Below are positions 43,507-54,592 of a stretch of DNA of 60,820 nt, one piece after another. The stretch's first letter is position 1. Each line of letters starts with the position of its first letter. Source of the stretch: Prasinococcaceae sp. CCMP 1430 (taxonomy: Eukaryota > Plantae > Prasinodermophyta); NCBI GenBank assembly GCA_013416795.1, contig RQSC01000026.1:601607-662426 (forward strand), in the 5' to 3' direction. The notes under the pieces were generated by a model. It saw only the letters and a program-made list of their open reading frames with translations. It had not been told where the DNA came from and did no database searches. The translations under genes were made by a program, and so were the position numbers.

Positions 43507-45801
43507 ATGGCCGGATTCTCGTTCGGCGGCGCCGTCGGGGCGGCGGAGGCGCGGGACAGGGCGCGGGAGAGAATGGGATACGCCAAGCCCTCGTGGGTGT
43601 GCCCGTTCTCCAACATCAGGGTGAACGACACCAAGATGGGCAACCTCGACCTCCAGCAAACGATGAAGTTTTCGCAGTCGGAGAGCAAGAGGCTCGATCA
43701 GATCGAGAAGTACGAGGTGGCAAACCGCAACGAGGTCGCGGCGCGCGCCGCGGCGTCCTCCGGGGCGCGGCCAAAGAAGCTGCTGGTCACGACCGTGGCC
43801 GTGGCAGCCGAGCGCATCACCGTCAAAACGTCGGCCAACGGCAAGGCCTTCTCCGTCTGGCGTCTGTTCGACATGCAGCACACCACCATGTCGCTCTTCC
43901 TGTTCGGGACCTCGCACTCGGACATGCGCTTGCACAAGGGCATGGTGCTGTGCTTGCTTGACGCGTGCGTCGACGACAAGGAACGCAAAGGCGTGAGCCT
44001 TGCGGTGGACGATTCATCCCAGGTGGTGGTGGTCGGCACCGCGGCAGACTTTGGGTGCTGCAAGGGCACGCGCAAGGACGGCGCGCAGTGCACCATGTTC
44101 GTCAACAAGGCCAAGAGCGAGTTCTGCGACTATCACGTCGGTGCTGCGTTCCAGCGGTCGAAGACAGCTCGGCCGGAGCTCAGCACCAGCAGCTTGCCAG
44201 TGCGCCCGGGTGCGCGCCGAGCGCCGGCCTCCGGGGGCTCGGGGGGGATCAGGAACAGGTTGGCCATGCAGGACAAGAAGATGGGGGGGACCTACTCCAG
44301 CAGCCTGTCGAAGTCGTCCGCCATGGGCGGCGCGGGAGCGCGCAGCACCTTTCGGAGCAGCGATGGTGGGGCGCATGGGCGCGGCCACCTGAGCAACGTG
44401 GGCATAACAAAGAACCCCAACGTCGGGGTCCTGAGCGCCGGCGACCTCGCCGCGCGCCGCAACACCGACGAGGCCATTCGCAAGAAGACGAAGGTCGTCC
44501 AGTACAGCAAAGAGCAGCTCGGCGAGATTGCCGCCAATCCCAACGTGAGCGTGAAGAACTCGCGCGGCTCGAAGTACGTGACGACGCTGAGCAGGGGCGA
44601 AACCAACGCTGGGGGCGGCCGCGACGACGGCCTCGACGAACTGGGCAACGTGAGCAAGGAGATACAGTTGCAGACCAAGCCGAGGCCGTCAACGGCGCCG
44701 GGCGCAGCAACGCGCGCCGGAGGTGGTGGCAAGATGATGACGCTCACCATCGACAAAGGCCCCGCTGATGCCCACGCCAGAGCGGTGGAGACGATCCGCG
44801 CGCGCGGAGGGCTCCGAGTGCGAGACCCCAACGACCCGCACGCCGCGACCAAAGCCCGACTGGCGGCGGGCAAGTCAAAGTCCACGGCCGCAAAAGGCGC
44901 CGTCAAGCCCGCAAATCCGACCAGCCTCGCCGGCAGGGTGTCCTTCATGTCCGCGGACAGGGCGGCCACGGCCGCACCCGAAGCCGAGCGCCCGGTCAGC
45001 GATCGCCTCACGCCGCTCGAGATCGAGGTGCTGAGGGTGGCGCGCACGAAGAAGGCTGAAAGCGGCGACACGTCGCTCTGCGTGGCCGAGCTCAGGCAGC
45101 TCGAGGGCTTCAAGCACTACAACTCACTGCAGCTCCAGAGGGCAATCGAATGGCTGCAGAGGACCAAGCGCTTGTCGCCGCCGCCGCCAGCGACTGGCTG
45201 CGCTGGGGCGCCTGCTGAGGCGCCCGCGCTCGTTGAGCCGCTCAAGAGCACAGCTGGGCGCGGCACCTTCGCAGAGGTCTTCGGCGGGATGTCCGCGCCA
45301 GGCGCCGACGAGGTCGACTATGAGGCGATGGCGGCCCCGGTGCACAATGCCGCGATTGCGAGCACGATGGACGCACTGGCCGAGAAGGAAAAGCTGGCGG
45401 AGCACCTGAGCACCATCACCAGAAAGAAGGTGAAGGCTTGGAGGTGTGCCGACTGCGCCAAGACCTTCCAGAGATATCCTTCGCTGTGCAAGGAGAAGGG
45501 ACACAGGCTCACGCAGTGTGAAGCGACCGAGCGGTACTTCCGGTGCGCGCACTGCAACAGGCACACGGTCACCATCTTCAAGTTCCCGACGGCCCCGTGC
45601 CAGTGTGGCTCGCTCGAATGGAGGAAGGACACGGCCTTCCGCGGTGGTGGCGCGCTCGGCAAGGAGGTTGCGGGTGAGGAGGTCATCGCGTCGCGCGAGG
45701 CATTCAATGCGAGCGTGGGCAGGCACTGCGTCAACGACCGCGGTGGCGACGATCGCGCCAACGTGGAACTGCGCTCGATGAATGACACGCTCGCACAGTG
45801 A
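43507..45801 (+). CDS. MCM10: DNA replication factor MCM10
   Basis: OB-fold (GKAFSVWRLFDM..LFLFG), CCCH finger CKGTRKDGAQC..FCDYH, and C-terminal zinc module (CADC..C..GH..RYFRCAHC..CQCG). Confidence 0.92.
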   Translation: MAGFSFGGAVGAAEARDRARERMGYAKPSWVCPFSNIRVNDTKMGNLDLQQTMKFSQSESKRLDQIEKYEVANRNEVAARAAASSGARPKKLLVTTVAVAAERITVKTSANGKAFSVWRLFDMQHTTMSLFLFGTSHSDMRLHKGMVLCLLDACVDDKERKGVSLAVDDSSQVVVVGTAADFGCCKGTRKDGAQCTMFVNKAKSEFCDYHVGAAFQRSKTARPELSTSSLPVRPGARRAPASGGSGGIRNRLAMQDKKMGGTYSSSLSKSSAMGGAGARSTFRSSDGGAHGRGHLSNVGITKNPNVGVLSAGDLAARRNTDEAIRKKTKVVQYSKEQLGEIAANPNVSVKNSRGSKYVTTLSRGETNAGGGRDDGLDELGNVSKEIQLQTKPRPSTAPGAATRAGGGGKMMTLTIDKGPADAHARAVETIRARGGLRVRDPNDPHAATKARLAAGKSKSTAAKGAVKPANPTSLAGRVSFMSADRAATAAPEAERPVSDRLTPLEIEVLRVARTKKAESGDTSLCVAELRQLEGFKHYNSLQLQRAIEWLQRTKRLSPPPPATGCAGAPAEAPALVEPLKSTAGRGTFAEVFGGMSAPGADEVDYEAMAAPVHNAAIASTMDALAEKEKLAEHLSTITRKKVKAWRCADCAKTFQRYPSLCKEKGHRLTQCEATERYFRCAHCNRHTVTIFKFPTAPCQCGSLEWRKDTAFRGGGALGKEVAGEEVIASREAFNASVGRHCVNDRGGDDRANVELRSMNDTLAQ

Positions 45802-45955
45802 GCGCGGCCGCGGCGCGCCCAGCGAGGGGGCGCCTATCGCTACGAAACCGTAATACATACAGTAGTACTATAATAATAATAGAAGGTTTTGCGTTTCTTC
45901 TAGTGAGCAGCGCCGCGGGCGATGCCTCGCCCGCGATCATGCCGCCGCCCGCCGC

Positions 45956-47628
45956 TCACGCGCACGGCGGCAGCGGGCTCGGCACGGTGGTCTGCGGCAC
46001 GGGCTCGTTGGCGAAGTCGTTGGCGGAGCCGCACACTTCGCCGGAAAAGTTCCCCTCGGCGGAGAAAATCGCCGTCGCGGTCGTGGTGGCCGCGGTGTTG
46101 CCCTCAAACGAGCAGTCCTCCACGCGGAGCTGCGTGAACGCGCTCTGCATCACGATCGCGCCGTAGGCGCCGCCGGCGGCGTTTGCTGTGAAGGACGAGT
46201 CGCTGATGCTGACGTTCGCCTGGGACGTCACGAAGATAGCGGCGCCCGTGCCACCGCTCGGGTGGGGCGAGGTATTGTTTGTAAAGGAGCAGTTGGAGAC
46301 GCTCATCTGTTGGCCTCCGCCAGAGTAGAGTGCTCCGCCGTTCTGTTGCACCGACGTGTTGTTTGCGAACGTCGAGTCTTCGATGGCCATGGGCGTGCTC
46401 GACGCGCTCCAGATTGCGCCTCCCTGCGCCTGCGCCTTATTGTGTTTGAAGTCGCTCTCAGACACGTTCACCGTGGAAAGCACATCGCACGCGATGGCGC
46501 CACCGTAGCCAGCATTGCCGTCGAGACGGTCGAGCCCGGCAGTGTTGTGGATAAAGGTGCTGCGGCTCACTGAGACGTTCGCCGCAAAGCCTTGAGCGTA
46601 GATGGCGCCGCCCTGTGCCACGCTTCCCGCAGCCTCCGCGATGTTTGCCTCGAAGAGCGTGTCCACGATTGTGGCAACGGTCAGTGGGGGGAACACGTCT
46701 CCGGTCACGACGATTGCGCCGCCCGACCCCCCATTGGTCGCGGCACATCCGCGAAATGTTGAGTTCTGGACGTCGAGGGTGGCGCCGGCGGAGATGGCGA
46801 TCGCACCACCAAAGCCGTAATCATCTATGCCGGCCGTCTGCGCCTCGAAGAGCGAATCTGGCATGCGCATGTGCATGCGCGCAGGCATGCATGTGTGTGT
46901 GTGCGCGTGCGCGCGCGCGTGTGTGTAAGCACTATCAGTAAGCGAGTGCGCGCGTACGCGTGCTTGAAGTTGTGCGTACTTTTTCTCGTGCGCGCGTGCG
47001 TGCACACATACCTTTTACGGTGACGCTGGCGCCCCAGGACGCGCTGATCGCCGCGCCGGTCCGGGGTTGTGTGAACCCGACAGTGTTGTTGAAAAAGGTG
47101 CAGCCCTGCACCAGCACCGATGTGTTCTGTGAGTTGAAACCGTCGGCGACGATTGCGGGGCCATAGGCCTGGCTCGCGCCGTTATTCTGCGAGAGGGTGC
47201 AATTGATCAGCGCCGCGCTCGCGTTGCCACTGACGGAGACGTCATTCTGGAAGCTATTCATTGTCAAACCCTCGAGAAGCAGCGAGACGGGGCCGTCCGC
47301 GACCAGCAATTGAGTGGGCAGGCCGATGGAGTCGCCCAAGCCGACGAAGCCGTCCTCTCCGGCTACACCAGACTCGGAGTACAGCTCGAGGTCCTTCTCA
47401 ACAGAAGTCTGAAAACTTGATATCGCAACGAGGCCGTCGACGCAGTAGCGACCGCCCTGCGCCGCCGCCTCCTTGAGCTCCGCCTCGGTCGTCACGCAGC
47501 CGGAGAAGGGCGGCGCGGGCACGGGCGCGGGCGCCACCCCGAGGCCGAGCGCTGGCGGCAGCGCTGCGGCCGCCGCGTGCCGCCGCGAGCGCCGCGAGCG
47601 CCGAGAGCGTCATGAGCCTCGCCGCCAT
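45956..47628 (-). CDS. Pmp-like (GGAI/FxxN repeat) beta-helix protein, copy A; intron 46858-47011; signal-peptide ATG out of frame
   Basis: Repeated GGAI/GGAL and F..N motifs; spliced VK|DSLFEAQ. The ATG at 47628 is out of frame with AAAALPPALGLGVAPAP. Confidence 0.8.
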
Positions 47629-47830
47629 CGTCGCGCGCGCGCGTGTACGTGCCGCGGCGTGTGCGGCGTGTGCGGCGTGTGCGGTGTGGCCCCTTACGCG
47701 CAACGAACGCCCTTCTCCTCCCCTCCCCTCCCCTCCCCCTCCCCACCCCCCGCCATACGCGCACACACTGGCGCACTTGACACGCGCCCTCCGTTGCGCC
47801 GAAGCGCCAGCACCTAAACAACACGTGACT
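47371..47830. repeat. Duplicated block (5' coding part + upstream region of Pmp copy A), near-identical to about 49670-50108
   Basis: Long exact matches, e.g. GCCGTCGACGCAGTAGCGACCGCCCTGC...CGCTGCGGCCGCCGCGTG and CGTTGCGCCGAAGCGCCAGCACCTAAA, occur in both copies. Confidence 0.9.
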
Positions 47831-48039
47831 CCGCCACATATCATATCTGCCGCGCCCCAACCGATCGACGATGTGCGGGCGCGCGCGGAAATTCAGACCT
47901 TTTTTCCCTCCCTTTCTGTGGATGGAAGAGAGAAAAGGGTTGAAGGGTTTACACACTGTAGGTATTAAGGTTTAGGGTGACTAGTCTAGTGGGCGGCGAG
48001 GCCTGAGGCGGGCGTGGGCTCCGCTCGCGATCGTGCCGC

Positions 48040-49903
48040 TCACTCGCACGGCGGCAGCGGGCTGGGAAACGTGGTCTGCGGCACGGGCGCGTTCGCGAAG
48101 GCGTTGGCGGAGCCGCACACCTCCACGAAGGGACTACTTGGGTTTCCGACCCAGAGCGCCGTCGCGGTCTGGTCGCCACTGGCAGCGGTGTTGTCCTCAA
48201 ACGAGCAGCCCTCCACGCGGGCCTGAAGTGGGTTCGCCGGGTCGGTACTGATGGAATCCAGCACGATCGCGCCGATGGTGCCACCGGCGGCGTTCCCCGA
48301 GAAGGACGAGTTGGTGATGTTGATGAAGACGGCACGCTGCGCGCCGATGGCAGCGCCCCCGGACTCGACCTGAGGCGCGGTATTGTTCACAAAGGAGCAG
48401 TTGGAAATGCTGATGTTCGCCGGGTTGGAAAACGGCGAGTCAGGGTCCGTGGAGTCAAAGGTGCCGCCGGCAGCATACAGAGCTCCGCCGCTGGCATACG
48501 GCGCCGTGTTGTCTGCGAATACCGAGTCTTCGACGATCATGACATTTGCCCCGCCACTCCCCAAAAAACCGGACTCGCTGTGGATTGCGCCACCTGCGCC
48601 CTCACCCCCCTGAAAGCCTGCCACTGCGGTGTTGTTCACAAAGGAGCAGTTGGAAACGCGCAACGTAGGCCCTGTGTCAATCATGATGGCCCCACCGAGG
48701 CCGTTGAGGAAACCCCCATTCTCCGGGAGACCAGCGTTGTTTCCGATAAAGGCACTGCGGCTCACCGACACGTTGGCCGTGCCCCCAAAGGCATAGATTG
48801 CGCCGCCATACCCCGAGTTTCCACTTCCGATCGCGCTTGCGAGGTTGTCCTCGAAGAGCGTGTCCACGATTGTGACGTTGGTATTGACAGTGCCCGGGGG
48901 GGGAAGGAGGAGCCCTTCCACGGCGATGGCGCCGCCGAAGGCCCAAAAGTCCGCGGAACATTCACGGAAGGTCGAGTTCTCGATGTGGAATGTGCTTCCT
49001 TTCGACGGACCTTCCGACTTTCCTGAAATGTAGATCGCGCCGCCGTAGCCCGGGAAGGAACCAGGAGTGCTAGTCACCTGCGCCTTGAAGAGCGAATCTG
49101 CCACGCGCGCGTGCGTGTGCGCAGGCACGCACGCGCGCGCGCTCGCGCGTGTCAGTACGCGAATACGGGTGTGCGCGCATGCGCAAGAGTATACGTGCGA
49201 GCGCACGTGCGCGTGCGCATGCACTGAGTCCGTGAGTTCTTTCTCTCTGTTTCTCTCTGTCTCTCTCTTTCTCTCTCTTGTGCGCGCGTACCTCGCACGG
49301 TGACGTTCGAGCCACAGTAAGCTTGGATCGCCGCGCCGTTCCACGCATAGCCTGCGGTGTTGTTGAGAAAGGTGCAGCCCTGCACCAGTACCGACGTGTT
49401 GCTGCATAAATCACCGAAAAAGCCCGGCCATCCGGCGACCACCGCAGTAGTCTGGGGAGGCTCGAGGTCATTGCTAAACTCAGGAACGGAGTTCTGCGAG
49501 AAGATGCAGTCGATCAGCGTCATCGTCACGTTGTCCATGGCGATTGCCGCACCCGAGAAGTTGCTCAGTATCAGGCCCTCGAGACGCATTGAGACGTCGC
49601 CGGACGCGATCAGGAAACGATTGGCCACAGCGGGCGCGGTGCCGATGAAGCCGTCCACCCCGGCGACGCCCGACTCGGAGTACAGCTCGAGGTCCTTCTC
49701 AACGTCCGTCTGCTCGCTAGACATCGCAACGATGCCGTCGACGCAGTAGCGACCGCCCTGCGCCGCCGCCTCCTTGAGCTCCGCCTCGGTCGTCACGCAG
49801 CCGGAGAAGGGCGGCGCGGGCACGGGCGCGGGCGCCACCCCGAGGCCGAGCGCTGGCGGCAGCGCTGCGGCCGCCGCGTGAGCGTCATGAGCCTCGCCGC
49901 CAT
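48040..49903 (-). CDS. Pmp-like (GGAI/FxxN repeat) beta-helix protein, copy B; intron 49098-49291; signal-peptide ATG out of frame
   Basis: Same intron position as copy A and same EVCGSAN.FAN.PVPQTT.PSPLPPC end. The ATG at 49903 is out of frame with the downstream ORF. Confidence 0.8.
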
Positions 49904-50265
49904 CGTCGCGCGCGCGCGTGTACGTGCCGCGGCGCGTGTGGCGTGTGCGGCGTGTGCGGCGTGTGCGGTGTGGCCCCCTACGCGCAACGCACGCCCTTCT
50001 CCGCCCCCCTCCCCCTCCCCACCCCCCCGCCGTACGCGCACACACTGGCGCGGGCAGCAAGCGCCCTCCGAGGCGTTGCGCCGAAGCGCCAGCACCTAAA
50101 TGACACGTGCCAGATATTTCCATCCTCTTTTTTTGGCCATTCTGTGACGCCCGCCAAGGCATTGTCGGACGGCTCGGGCTAGGGCTGCCGCGCGGGACAG
50201 CGCGCTCGCCACACACGCCACACACGCCGCGCAGCAGCTGCGGGCCCGCGGCGCCGGCGGCAGCG

Positions 50266-52251
50266 ATGGCGGGTCCCGAGCACCACCGCGGGGGTGTCGG
50301 CGCGGCCGTGTCGGATCCGGCGCGGACGGCGCGGACGGCGGCTGCCAAGGCCGGGGGGGTGCTCGCGACGACCGCCCCTGGCGTGAGCACGCGCACCGTG
50401 CGCCTCGCCGCGGCCGGGCTGTGGACGAAGGCGTCGAGCCTCGCGTCGAGCCTCCGAGTCGCGGCGGCGGCCCCCTTCGCCAAGGTGGCGCTGGTCGCGG
50501 TGCTCGCCGTGATCGCGGCGCCGCCGCGCGGCGCCCTGGCGGCGCCGGCGCAGCCGACGGCGACCACGCGCGAGCTCTTCGCGTTCGCCTCGCTCGCGCA
50601 GGCGGCGTACGCCAGGAGCTCGCCGCCCAACGACGCGGCGGGGGCCTTCACGCTGCGCACGACCTCGCCCACCACGCAGTACTACAACTTCGCCGAGGGC
50701 ACGAACAACGCCACCGACGACTCCAACGGCAACGCCACCACCCTCGCGGGGCAGCTCACCGAGGCGTTAGGCGCGGCCATGCCCGGCTGGGAGGCTCTCA
50801 GCGCCACGCGGAAGGTGCTGTGCGCGCACACGCGCCCTAGCGTGCAACACACACATGCGCATTGTTGCGCACGCGCTGACATTGCAGCGCGCGCGCACGG
50901 AAGGTGTTCGGCCCCAACGCACTCGTGCACGGTGAGCTCATCATCCCCCTCGACGAGGACGATATCGAGGGCGGCGGCAACCTGACCGTCCCCTTCCTCA
51001 GCTTCCGCGGCAGCGTCAACCTCCTCAACTGGATCACCAACGCGCGCAGCCAGAACCTCACGGCGTGCACGCTCGGCGCGGGCGCCAACGCCAGCGGCGC
51101 CAGCGGGGCGGGGCTCATCGCCGGCGGCGATGGGACCATACTCGGCAACGGCGAGGGCGAGGGAGGCGGTGAGGAGCTCTGCTGCGCGCGGGGCTTCTGG
51201 GAGAGCTACGAGCGCTGGCTGCAGCCCTTCGTGCTCGAGTGGGCCGCCGCCAACGCCGCCGAGCCCGACGCGCCCGTGCTCATCACCGGGCACAGCCTGG
51301 GCGGGGCGTACGCCGTCTTCGCCGCCGCCGACACGCTGGTGTCGCAGCTCCCGACGGGAGGGGACGCCACCAACGCCACCACTAACGCCAACGTGACGAT
51401 GGCGACCTACAACGCGCCGCGAGCGGGGACTGAGGACCTCGCGGCGCTGGTGGACTCGATGGCATGGGTGCGTTCGCTCGTTCGGGTGGGCGCATTCGAC
51501 GCGAACCAGCGCGCGCATTACACGTACATACGGGAGCGCGTATGCGGGCACACGCACACAGAGCTCGTGTAGACGTCAGTGCTGTGAATGAATGGCGTCG
51601 TCGTGCGCGCATCTGTCTGACGCGCCCTCGCTTGCTTTCTGCCCTCCCCCCCCCCTTCCCGCGCGCGCGCCCCCGTCGCCTTGCAGCGCTCGATCCGCCT
51701 GCAGACGTTTCCCGAGGTGGTCTCCACGCTGCCCTTCCGGGCCAACTTCAACAACGACCCCCCGCCCGCGTGCGAGGGCCAGGTGCCCACCCACGCTGGC
51801 CAGAAGTACGCGGTGTACCTGGAGCTCGAGAACAGCGCCGACCCGCCGGCCTTTCCCAATGTACGCGCGCGTTCATGCGCATGCGCGCGCGCGCGCGCGC
51901 AGATCCCGCTGACTGACGCACGCGCGCGACCCATGCTCACCACACGCCCACGCGCGCATGGGCACGTGCCATGGCGTGAACGGATAGTGGACTGTGACGC
52001 CAGGCCCCCTCGTGTGCACCACGGGCAATTTCTCGGACTCGCAATTCCCCGGCTTCTTCGGCGTTACCGACTGGTGGCGCCGAGCGTACAACTCTTCGCT
52101 GGCGGCCACCGCGGATGCCGCGCACGGCTTCTTCGCCTACGGGAACGATGCGCAAGCGCCGGCGCCCGACCCCGACGCGAACGCGTTCCTGCAGCTCGCC
52201 GAGGCGGTGGATGTGACCGCATCGTGCGCCGCCGCGCTGCCTCCGGTCTAA
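50266..52251 (+). CDS. Class 3 lipase-like protein, introns 50815-50903, 51468-51686 and 51861-51987
   Basis: LAQAAY, LSFRGS..NWITN, RGFWESY, ITGHSLGGAYA, TYNAPRAG, EVVSTLP, THAG, AHGFFAY; TM/signal segment near the N-terminus. Confidence 0.88.
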
Positions 52252-52588
52252 ACGAGGAAGGCGGGCAAGCTCGAAGAAGCGCCCATCGAACGCTCGCCCT
52301 CCGAACGCTCGCCCACCCCACTCTTGAGCGTGGACGTTCGTGCTAGCTAGAGTGCTGTGATGAGAGCTGGTTAACTCATATGCATAGCTGTGTTACATGA
52401 CCGAGGTCGGTGTCCCCCCCTCCCTCCAAAAAAAGACTCGACTCGGCTACAACCGGGCAAGATCGCGCGGCAGGACGTAGGTGGTCGCGCGGGTGGCTTG
52501 TAGGGTCCGAGAGCGCGCTGCCTCCGTGCCCAGGCTCGCGCCGAGCGATTCGACTGCGGCGGCCGCATTCGGCGGCACCCGGCGGTGC

Positions 52589-52830
52589 CTACCACTCGTA
52601 CGCCCGCTGCGACGCCGGGAGCGACGGCTGCGACTGCGGCTTCGGGGTCCCCTGCGGAGCCAGGTACGACGGAATCGCGGTCGGGGGCGCCTGCGGGGTG
52701 GCCGGGGCCTGCGGCGGGGTGGCCGGGGCCGGCGGCTGCGGGGCGGCCACGGGCTGCGGGGTTCGCGCGGACGGGGACGGAGGCAGCAGCGGCGGCGGCC
52801 ATCCTCGCCGCGCGCTCGGGTCGGCCTCCT
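52589..52830 (-). CDS. Orphan Pro/Gln-rich terminal coding segment (no in-frame ATG nearby)
   Basis: TPQPVAAPQPPAPATPPQAPATPQAPPTAIPSYLAPQGTPKPQSQPSLPASQRAYEW*. Nearly all codons end in G/C, and TGTAA lies on the minus strand at 52393-52397. Confidence 0.5.
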
Positions 52831-54120
52831 GGCGCGGTCGGACGATGCGTGTGGCGCGCCACGGCCGCGCCAACCTATCCCCCGTCCCTTCCCCTCTCCT
52901 CCCCACCCCTGCCCCACACACACGCCGCCACCGCGCCGCTGCAACCCCCATGCGCCGCTCCCCTCCCCTGCACCCCTCCCTCCCCCCTTCCCCCCTGCTG
53001 CACCGCGCGGCGGCAGCCACGGCCAGCCACTCGTTGCGGATATCGCAGGCTGGGACCATTCCGAATCCGACCCACCTCTCAATTTGGAATCCTCAATTTA
53101 ATTTATATGAAAGCAACTTTTCTCTTATGGATTCGCTACATATTATGGTAATTCATAGGATTCCGTTTTGCGTAGGTCAAATCGAATGCGATGGGGGGTG
53201 GGCCCCACGGCCTCGGGACCTCCCCCGTGCTGCCGTCGTCCGGCCGTGTGTTGATGGCACAGGCATGCAAGCTAAGCTGGCTGAGCGGCTGCCGCTGCAG
53301 GCTGGAGTGACCGCGGCCGTGACGGCGAACACACACACACACACCCCAACACGCGCACACGCATGACGTCACAGGCGGGCGAGGCGCGGCGCGCGCGCGT
53401 GCCTGCCTCGTGCGTGCGCTCGCCTCGCGTGCCCCGACCGACCCAACCAACCACTCCCCGCCTGCAAGAGTACTGGAAGTGCTCCTCACCCGCCTGGCAG
53501 TGAGAGGCAGGTTCACACGCGCGTGCCTCCATCCCAGCCGCGCCCCGCGCCCGCCGGCACACAGCGATATGCTTGCACACAGCACACACACAGTCACACA
53601 CACACACGCACACACACACGCACACTCGCACTGACACACGCACTGACACGCACGCACACCAAAGCACCGCAGGGCGCCACGTACGTGTGCACACGCCGCC
53701 CCTCGGGCGGCCGGCAGCGCCGCGCGCGGGGCTCGCATGCGTTTTGACGGACCTTCCCGCGGGCGTTGGGGTTCGCGCCGAGGACCCGATGAGCGGCGGC
53801 CGCCGGGGGCGGGGCTCCGCGCGCGCGGGACGCCGCTCGAGGCGGGGGAAACATGGGCTCCTGCGGGGGACGCGGCCGCTCTCCGCCCGCCCCCGCGGGG
53901 CGAGCTCCGCCGAGGCGGGTTTGGGGTTTTTGTGCTGAAGGTAGGGTTCGATTCGGGGCGGTTCGGGTGCGTTTCGATGGCGCCCGCGGCCGCGCCGCGC
54001 CGTGAGCGCGCCACGCGCGCCTACGTTCATTTTGCGAGGACGTACCGTAAACATGGCGCGCCGTGTGTACGCTGAGCCCTGCCTCGTGCACGGGCGCTAC
54101 GCACGCGGCGATGCCACGCG

Positions 54121-54265
54121 CACACGCACGCACACACACACGCGCGCGCACACACACAGCGACACACACACAGGTACACAGCGACACACACACAGGCACA
54201 CACAGCGCCACACACGCACACACACACGCACACACGTACGCAGCGCCACACACACACACACACAC

Positions 54266-54313
<48 letters not shown>
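54121..54313. repeat. Imperfect (CA)n microsatellite abutting an assembly gap
   Basis: CA-rich tract that runs into the N-gap at 54314. Confidence 0.95.
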
Positions 54314-54592
54314 NNNNNNNNNNNNNNNNNNNNNNNNNNNNNNNNNNNNNNNNNNNNNNNNNNNNNNNNNNNNNNNNNNNNNNNNNNNNNNNNNNNNNNN
54401 NNNNNNNNNNNNNNNNNNNNNNNNNNNNNNNNNNNNNNNNNNNNNNNNNNNNNNNNNNNNNNNNNNNNNNNNNNNNNNNNNNNNNNNNNNNNNNNNNNNN
54501 NNNNNNNNNNNNNNNNNNNNNNNNNNNNNNNNNNNNNNNNNNNNNNNNNNNNNNNNNNNNNNNNNNNNNNNNNNNNNNNNNNNNNNNNNNNN

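Noticed and set aside
47941-47980. Telomere-like TTTAGGG
   Set aside because: It is a single copy in a 3' intergenic region, not an array.
45956-49903. Chlamydial contamination or recent bacterial insertion
   Set aside because: Both copies have spliceosomal introns and host-like composition and lack an autotransporter barrel.
53900-53965. GGTTCGATTC, a tRNA T-loop/B-box-like word
   Set aside because: I could not build a paired T-stem, acceptor stem or A-box around it.
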